Below are positions 57,357 to 64,000 of a stretch of 64,000 bases of DNA, piece after piece. Made by a program: the position numbers and the translations under genes. The stretch covers positions 8,680,001 through 8,744,000 of the forward strand of contig OZ316775.1 of NCBI GenBank assembly GCA_973851085.1, in the 5' to 3' direction. The stretch is from Ptychomitrium polyphyllum. Taxonomy: Eukaryota. The stretch's first letter is position 1. Each line of letters begins with the position of its first letter. The notes below the pieces were generated by a model. That model was not told the origin of the DNA. It did not search any database and saw only the letters and a list, made by a program, of their open reading frames with translations.

Positions 57357-58419
57357 CAGTCTCGTTCTAGGGAAAAAAATGCCGCGGAGAAACATAACGT
57401 TCCACCTTTTAACACAGCCACTGAGATGATTGTGGATGATGTACACTCATGTTGTTCCTGTTTGAGAAATGACATGGTGAGAGCCGCGCGAACCGCGTTT
57501 CAGACCTATGGACCAGGACGTGTACCCGGAATTCGTGGTTGGTTGGATGGTGGAGGCGCGTTGGGAAGCAGTGGGATGGCGGGGCGCGTGGTTTCTTTGC
57601 AGGATACGCTCTCTGCTCTGTATCTAGGTGATTAAAGTTCGTCTGCCGATATTGAGTTTGTCACGACGTCTGCAACTTTAACTGCTAGTTCACCGCTTAT
57701 TTGCTTAAAACCTTGCCAAGCTCGTTCCAACAATTTCGATCAGTCTGTAAAGGATGCCTTCAGAACAAGGAGTCATTTGTTGCGTTGCTACCGATGCGGG
57801 GCATAGTTACGATGAACGACGTTCTAGAAAGTTCTTAGCTCCTGCCTTAGCAACGGTTTGAACAGTTTTCAACGTCTGTCAATATCCATCTCTGTGCTTG
57901 GATCCTCTGAACCCAGTTTTTCAGCGACGAATGAAGAAGGACGACATCGTTGTTAATGAAAACGTAGCTCAAGGAAATCGAAAATAGAATAATCGAACGT
58001 TCTTTGTAAGTATGATGTGGGCATGAGGAAACACTATTTCCAAGCTGACATTAGAAAGACAGTCTGCTTTTGCATTTAAGTGGATCACATATATCCTTCT
58101 GCCTCTGTGCGAGTATGTAAGACAACAAGAGACTTAAACCTTCTGTAATCAATCTTCGAGCCTCTTTTAGAAGCGAAAACGTCCTTGGATTTTGGAGTTT
58201 GATGGCATTTCCGGTTAAATCCTCAGGAGTTGGGAGGCGTGGAGAGAGAGATTAAGCGTCCTTCGAAAGTAAAAAAAATTAGGGACGTTAATTTTTAGAG
58301 CAAAGAATTACTGGCGATTGGAACAACATCGATTTAGCGCTGCATTGTGAGAGTTGTTTAAGAACATGATCACGACTTAGTAATTGTCTGTAAAAGATTC
58401 AAACTATCAAACGCAAGTT

Positions 58420-58617
58420 CGTAGATTTAGGTCTATAAGTTTCAGGTTTGTAGACTTTATTAAGTCTTGAATCTATGCTGTGCAGTCTGGTTCATAGACA
58501 AGTTTGTGCATACACCCTCTGTACACAATGCAGCCTGTTTCGTAGGCTTAGTTAAATCTGCGCATTGCAGTCTGGATCGTAGACTTTGTTGACTTTATGA
58601 ATTGCAGTCTGGTTTGT
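58420..58617 (+). repeat. Degenerate ~40-bp minisatellite (TGCAGTCTGG..TAGAC core)
   Basis: Four to five imperfect copies. Confidence 0.65.
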
Positions 58618-59357
58618 TTATTAACTAAATTTGTCTTAGCAAACAGAACTTGATCGATCCTTGACTGGCAGGCACTAGTTGTCGATTGTTCATCAGTTAA
58701 TGGACGTGGATGGGAAGTAACTTGTTGAATCTTTAAATTTTCAAATTCTCCTATGATACAAATAAGTCACTGGAGGTCATTCGCTTCCACTTCCATATCT
58801 CAAAGTCTTGACAGCTAGTTTCCTTCAGGTAGTGTCAAAAAAAAATTAGATAAATTTTTTTAAGTTCCACTTGCATCTGAGTCACATCGCTGGATGATCA
58901 TCAGTTTGCCAAGATAGATTCAGTCCAAATTTGCATTTTACTGAGTCCGAGTAGAGTCTATCAGGCAGCCCGTTTAAATTTAATTTTTAGTTTTTTGATT
59001 TTATTTCGGTGAGAGATTAATATCGGTACGGCAGGGTTGAGATGGTAAACTTTTACACTCAGACTGGGTTCACAGACGAGCGGCACCTTCACTGTAAAAT
59101 AAGATAGTCTTGACAGCTAGTTTTCTTCAGATGTGTTAGCCTTCCATCTGACGCGGATAGTGATTCATCCTTATCGTGCATGATTAGAAAAGCTCTGTAC
59201 AACAGTACAAAGCTCATTTTTCAGATGTGTTTCAACTCTACATATGTCGGAACTTTGCTCTAAATCCTGTAATTGAACAACTTCAGTTACGCATTCACTA
59301 CTGCTGAACTCAGCTACTGCCGAAGTTTGAATTCATTCAACGTCTAAGAGATGTTTG

Positions 59358-59894
59358 ATGCAGATAGAGGCGGCACGGGTGACAGCCCTGGTGGACCGAT
59401 ACGGGAATGTATTACAGGAAGAAAGTGAACCTGTGTCTTTACGATTTCCCCAATGATCGTACACATCCTTATAACTCACAATCCAAGTTCTTATTGCAAT
59501 TTCTGACCAGCTAAGTGAATGACTTGCAGCTAATGACTAGCTTTCTGAATGACTTGCAGGCGACGTGTTGTGGTTATTCCTGGGGGAGGGAAATGTTCGG
59601 CCAGTAACGCCATTTTTCCAGACTTCAAAAGACCTAGTGGCCTACTTCCAGCAGTATGCTTTTTCCCGGAATATCCTTTCCGTCTTCCCAGGAGGAGAAA
59701 TGCATTTCTATAAATCCGATGATAACTACGAGCTAGGGGAAGAAGTGGAAATGCGCTTGAAGAACGCCTTCTGGACTGGAAATATCACACGTATCACCAG
59801 CCGTGGGAACCAGGCAACGGTACATACCAACCTGGCTAAGTACCAGAATATACCAAGCGAATACAATAAGCTGTTTCTCAACCGAATCATGTAA
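59358..59894 (+). CDS. Unknown small protein, possible Agenet/Tudor-like C-terminal module
   Basis: Exons 59358-59424 and 59560-59894 join in frame (MQIEAARVTALVDRYGNVLQEE-SDVLWLFL...YELGEEVEMRLKNAFWTGNITRI...). Further upstream exons possible. Confidence 0.45.
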
Positions 59895-60132
59895 TGACTG
59901 AAAACGTATACTTTTGTTGAATGCTATAAATTCTCCTAACCTGATGTTACCTATCTGTAGATTATATTTCCTGTTCCACCACATGGTAAAGGTGGCAAAA
60001 ATCCGCAGCAATGACATACATTCGACCTGCCCTCACTCGGGACCGTCTCTTAGGGTGGATCTCACTCCTTGAATGAGCCAGCGACAGACCATCTCAGGTT
60101 AATCAACTGCATATCCCCATGTCTTCCCGGTC

Positions 60133-60327
60133 CTGTGCTCAAACCTACCAATTGACACTCTGACTTGACACAATGTTTACTCTAGACCGAAAAACTGCCT
60201 CACTCGTGCAAATTGTCAAAGCACCGATAGTGTCACAGTAGACTCTAGCGCCTAGTGAGGAATAACGAGGGAGCCATTCTTCTAGTTCTCTACCTGAAGA
60301 TGATTCTTGGCTATAGCCTACATGCCG
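60133..60327 (+). repeat. Diverged direct repeat, copy 2 (copy 1 at ~55905-56098)
   Basis: Same shared core as copy 1. Confidence 0.85.
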
Positions 60328-60719
60328 TAGGCGTCCAACCTCCATAAGCATAGTGTTATTGCAAAATTAATACCATGAACATTTCACCTTCATTGGCAGA
60401 CTTACAACCAAAGTCCAACGCAAATTTAAGTTGCATCAGAAGTCAACTTCCTGCGTACAATGTTCATGAGTCTGAAGTATAAACTATCTGCTAAGTTTGT
60501 AAACTCAAAGTTCAAGGTTTGCTAAGTGCGAAGTGAAAAATTTTGAAATAACAAATTTCGAAGTGATGCTAAGCTGGGCGTTCTTAAGTTAAGTAGGGCC
60601 AAAAGATCACTTCAAGTGAGGTCGCTGAGAAATGGATACACTAATTTCAAGCAGGAAGACAAACTTTAAACGCCAACGATATTCCAGCAGCATTACGTCA
60701 CCGAGATTCCTATCCTCTG

Positions 60720-62850
60720 TCGCCGCTCCTTCCCTTCCCTCCCCTTACCCTCTTCCTCCACCCCTACCTGACCCCTCCAAGTGCTAACTTCAGGAGGTCG
60801 ATATCTTCTTGTAAATACTGTAACTCAAGCTGCTTCATCTTAGTTACAGGATCACTCAGAAGATATGTTGTGCATCACTAAAGAATAACGGAGCAATTTA
60901 CGTTGGGTTATGGGTTCCTCATGGACTACCTCCATGTTAGTTTCTTCCGAAGGTTGTAGTCACATTGTTGGTCTTTTCGTATGCAAGTTGGCCGACATCG
61001 TGCTCTTCTTCTGACGATATGTCTTGAAATTGTTTTTTAAGACTATTGGCAAACCTCAAGGTTCTCTTGCATGGCCAGAAGCTTAGATCTGGCGCCTTCT
61101 AGTTGTAGTCTAGATGTTTCTTTTCAATCATCAACCGTCCTTTCGAGTTGTCAGTAATGAACTCGAACCTATTAGCCCACACGTATTCCCATGGTTCAGA
61201 GCTAAGTGCAGAGACTGGGTCATAGAAAATTTGATGAGTTTTGCTTGCGTCACTCTTGCATCCATTCTTAGTATGTGTGGTAACATGGACCTTCTTCATC
61301 CATCCCCTTAGTAAATTATAAAATTCCATTATGTTGATTTGGATGGTTAGAATCACACTTAGAGTCAAACTAAAGAACAATATTAACTTGGAGCCAAGGT
61401 GGAAGGTGTGAGTTTGTGAGCCAACAATAAATATATTAGTAAAGAACAATTATTGTAACACAATGAATGCTTCCCTTTTTGTAGGCATGAAGATACTGGT
61501 CAATACTTGGAAAACTTCTTTGGAGAGTTGTGCAATGGAATTTCGATAGATAGCAATGCAATCTTTAGCTTGTTTCTATAATAAATTAGATATTAATAAG
61601 TTTAATATTTACTTGTAAAGAAATATGGATGTCATATACAACCAAAAGAACTTATCTTTGGATTGAAATTCATTCTTAGCCTCTTTTCAAATACATGGCC
61701 TTGCTTGCTTTACACTTCAAACATCACTTGTCCTTTATATGCTTATTCCATAAAACAATACAACTCTTTCAACCAACTATATTACATTATAGATGGATTT
61801 AACCTTCATTTATACTAAGTTTATCAATTATACATGACTCAGTAGCCCTATGATGGATTGTAGATTAGGAATTGCACCATGTCACTCCATGCCTTGCCAA
61901 TTCTATTCCATGACTTTTTATCAATTGTATGTGCATGTGCTACCACTAAGATCCAATATTGTCAAGCCTTAAGAATATTCATTCAAATTGCCATGAAGTG
62001 ATAAAGAGATGAAAGGAGTATAAATTTTATAACAAATGCCCTTTTTATTGGGTTTAGTAGTCTCGTGATCCTATACTTCAATTTCTTCTCAATTATAGAA
62101 TTGAAGAACCAATGATAGCTCAAAAAGTATTCATAATAATTTATTTTACCTTTTTAAGCATAAGTACATATAAAATGAAGAATTTGTTGGAAATAAAGAA
62201 TACCGCTAGCTATTGAATTTTCCACATTTTCCTAATCCTAATGCAATACTAAAATTTATTAACTTAAAGTAATTAAAGCCATTAATTGAAAATACTTCAT
62301 TGTAATAAATTACAATAAAAGCAATAATGAATGTAATGAAGGTATTTGGAAATAATAACAAACTTCCATTCTAAGAATAACATTCTATTACCAATTTAAT
62401 GATTCATTTATTAACTAAGAATAAAAAGACTCTTGTCATGGATATTAAAGCTTTCTTTCATTCTTCCAAAGCTAATGTTTGAGGCTACTAAGAAATATTC
62501 TATAAAAACTTAAAATGTAATTTTATATATATTATAAGACTAAAGATTCACTTGACAATAATCTATAATATTATCAATTTTAAAGTCTTTTACTTTTAAA
62601 AATTATAAAAATCATTCCAAGATACTAAATATTACATTAATATGAAGAAATATTTAATCCAATTTAGAAGATTAACCAAAAATATTTCAGGCTTCCTTTC
62701 CTTTTCATTCTAGTTCTCACCTTGCTAGAATGGAAGTTCACATTCATATTCTTCAATACAGTATATAACTTTAAAACTGTTATACTTTGATACCCATCTT
62801 AAATGAATTTATTTTCATTAATTCTATGTGAAACAGAAGCCTGACGTCAT
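60720..62850 (-). mobile_element. Degenerate, stop-riddled coding remnant grading into an AT-rich island (possible TE relic)
   Basis: Protein-like minus-strand reading at ~60720-61310 with stops and a G/R-rich end; AT-rich from ~61300. No diagnostic domain recognised. Confidence 0.25.
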
Positions 62851-63427
62851 AAAAACCACTCCGTTTTTCAACAAGGTCAAACTGGGTTAAACTGGGTTAG
62901 AGGAACAGTAAATATACTTGGCAACTTGCATGTTTTATTGATAGTATAATTACAATGCAAATCGTAGCCACGAACAAGATATGCTGCTGACAAACTTATA
63001 ACTAATTTACAGAGTAACGAACAATTCTCACAACGAAATGCTTTTCCAACTCTATTGGTATGTAACAACTTCAAAAATTATGTAGTTCGATCTCTAAAAT
63101 TCACGGACCTTGAATGCGCTGAACGTATTTGTCTTGAATAATGTATCCCTATCTATCAAAACTTGCTGAGGCGGATATTGCTGTACAAACTTATGTGACT
63201 CTAATGTAGACTATGATCATAGTATAAGCTTCTTAACACCTCTGTGAACATTCGTCTCGGGTGCTTTTAGTGGAGCTTGAACGTTGTACACTCGTACTGA
63301 ACTTTCAAAACACTGACAGATTATTCTACTAGCGAGTACCAAAACTGTAGATAGAATCAGCAGAAGATGATTGATGTGGAGGATCCTTCGTAAGAACTTG
63401 ACTGAACCACAGCAACTTCACGGATTA

Positions 63428-64000
63428 TCACACGAGAAAGAGGCATCCACGCGGAACTTTTCGAGACCCTCTAATAGGCTTATCTTCCATGACTACTCTT
63501 GTAGTCTTTTCAGCAAGCTTGGCTTCAGCTATTACCTTCTTTTCCTCTTCTTTAAGGCGTGATAGTGCCATATCATTGTGCATTCTCTCTATCAAGTGCG
63601 CACTCTTCACCTCTAATATTAACTGCAAAAATTGAAATCGAAAAACATCGTAAGAAAATCAGGTTTTAAAATGTTCTTAAAAATATAAAAATTAAAATTA
63701 ACTCAAACTAGTATTTCCTGTAGAATTGAAAGAGAAAAATGAAAATATTCACTAACCTCAGGTTGTTTCACAGTAGTAGGTTTTTCTCGCTGATAATCTT
63801 CCCAAAAGTTAATTCCTTTCTCCTCCCTTTCATATCTGCTAGCAAATGACAACATTCAAAGTGAGCTGTTTGCAGGATTCTAACTGAAATTAAATAACAT
63901 ACTCAAGGCAGAGAACATTTTCATGTTAAAAAGAAGAATGACGCACCGATTGATTAACTTCGTGCATTCTACTCCCTCCGAAGAGACAGTAGTGATTTGC
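63428..64000 (-). CDS. Divergent remorin, 3' exons (5' end outside window)
   Basis: Exons >64000-63947, 63835-63757, 63622-63428 join in frame: TKLINR-YEREEKGINFWED..-LILEVKSAHLIERMHNDMA..EEKKVIAEAK..RKVPRGCLFLV*, the remorin C-terminal domain and anchor. Confidence 0.8.

Overview
Gene-dense eukaryotic nuclear DNA from a non-seed land plant, most likely a moss (inferred from intron style, long pyrimidine-rich leaders and gene set). Intron-containing genes reconstructed by hand from splice sites: GSNOR/ADH class III (3'-truncated by the window edge), a probably plastid-targeted pyruvoyl-dependent arginine decarboxylase of the Chlamydia AaxB type, a scramblase, an Msd1/ADIP-family protein, a PP2C with a metal-ligand Asp->Asn change, a type D nsLTP, a J8-type DnaJ, an SFR2-like GH1 and a divergent remorin (5' end outside the window). 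Also present are an SRP-receptor-beta pseudogene, F-box pseudogenes and a frameshifted AGP-like gene. Four very AT-rich islands interrupt the gene space, and one hides a complete, spliceable but strongly divergent SmD3 paralogue. Top leads are the pyruvoyl-ADC, the cryptic SmD3 variant, the N-terminally extended GSNOR, the putative pseudophosphatase, a recurring GATACYC promoter motif and an interlocked inverted repeat downstream of the SFR2-like gene. Family calls come from motif recognition only; no searches were run.
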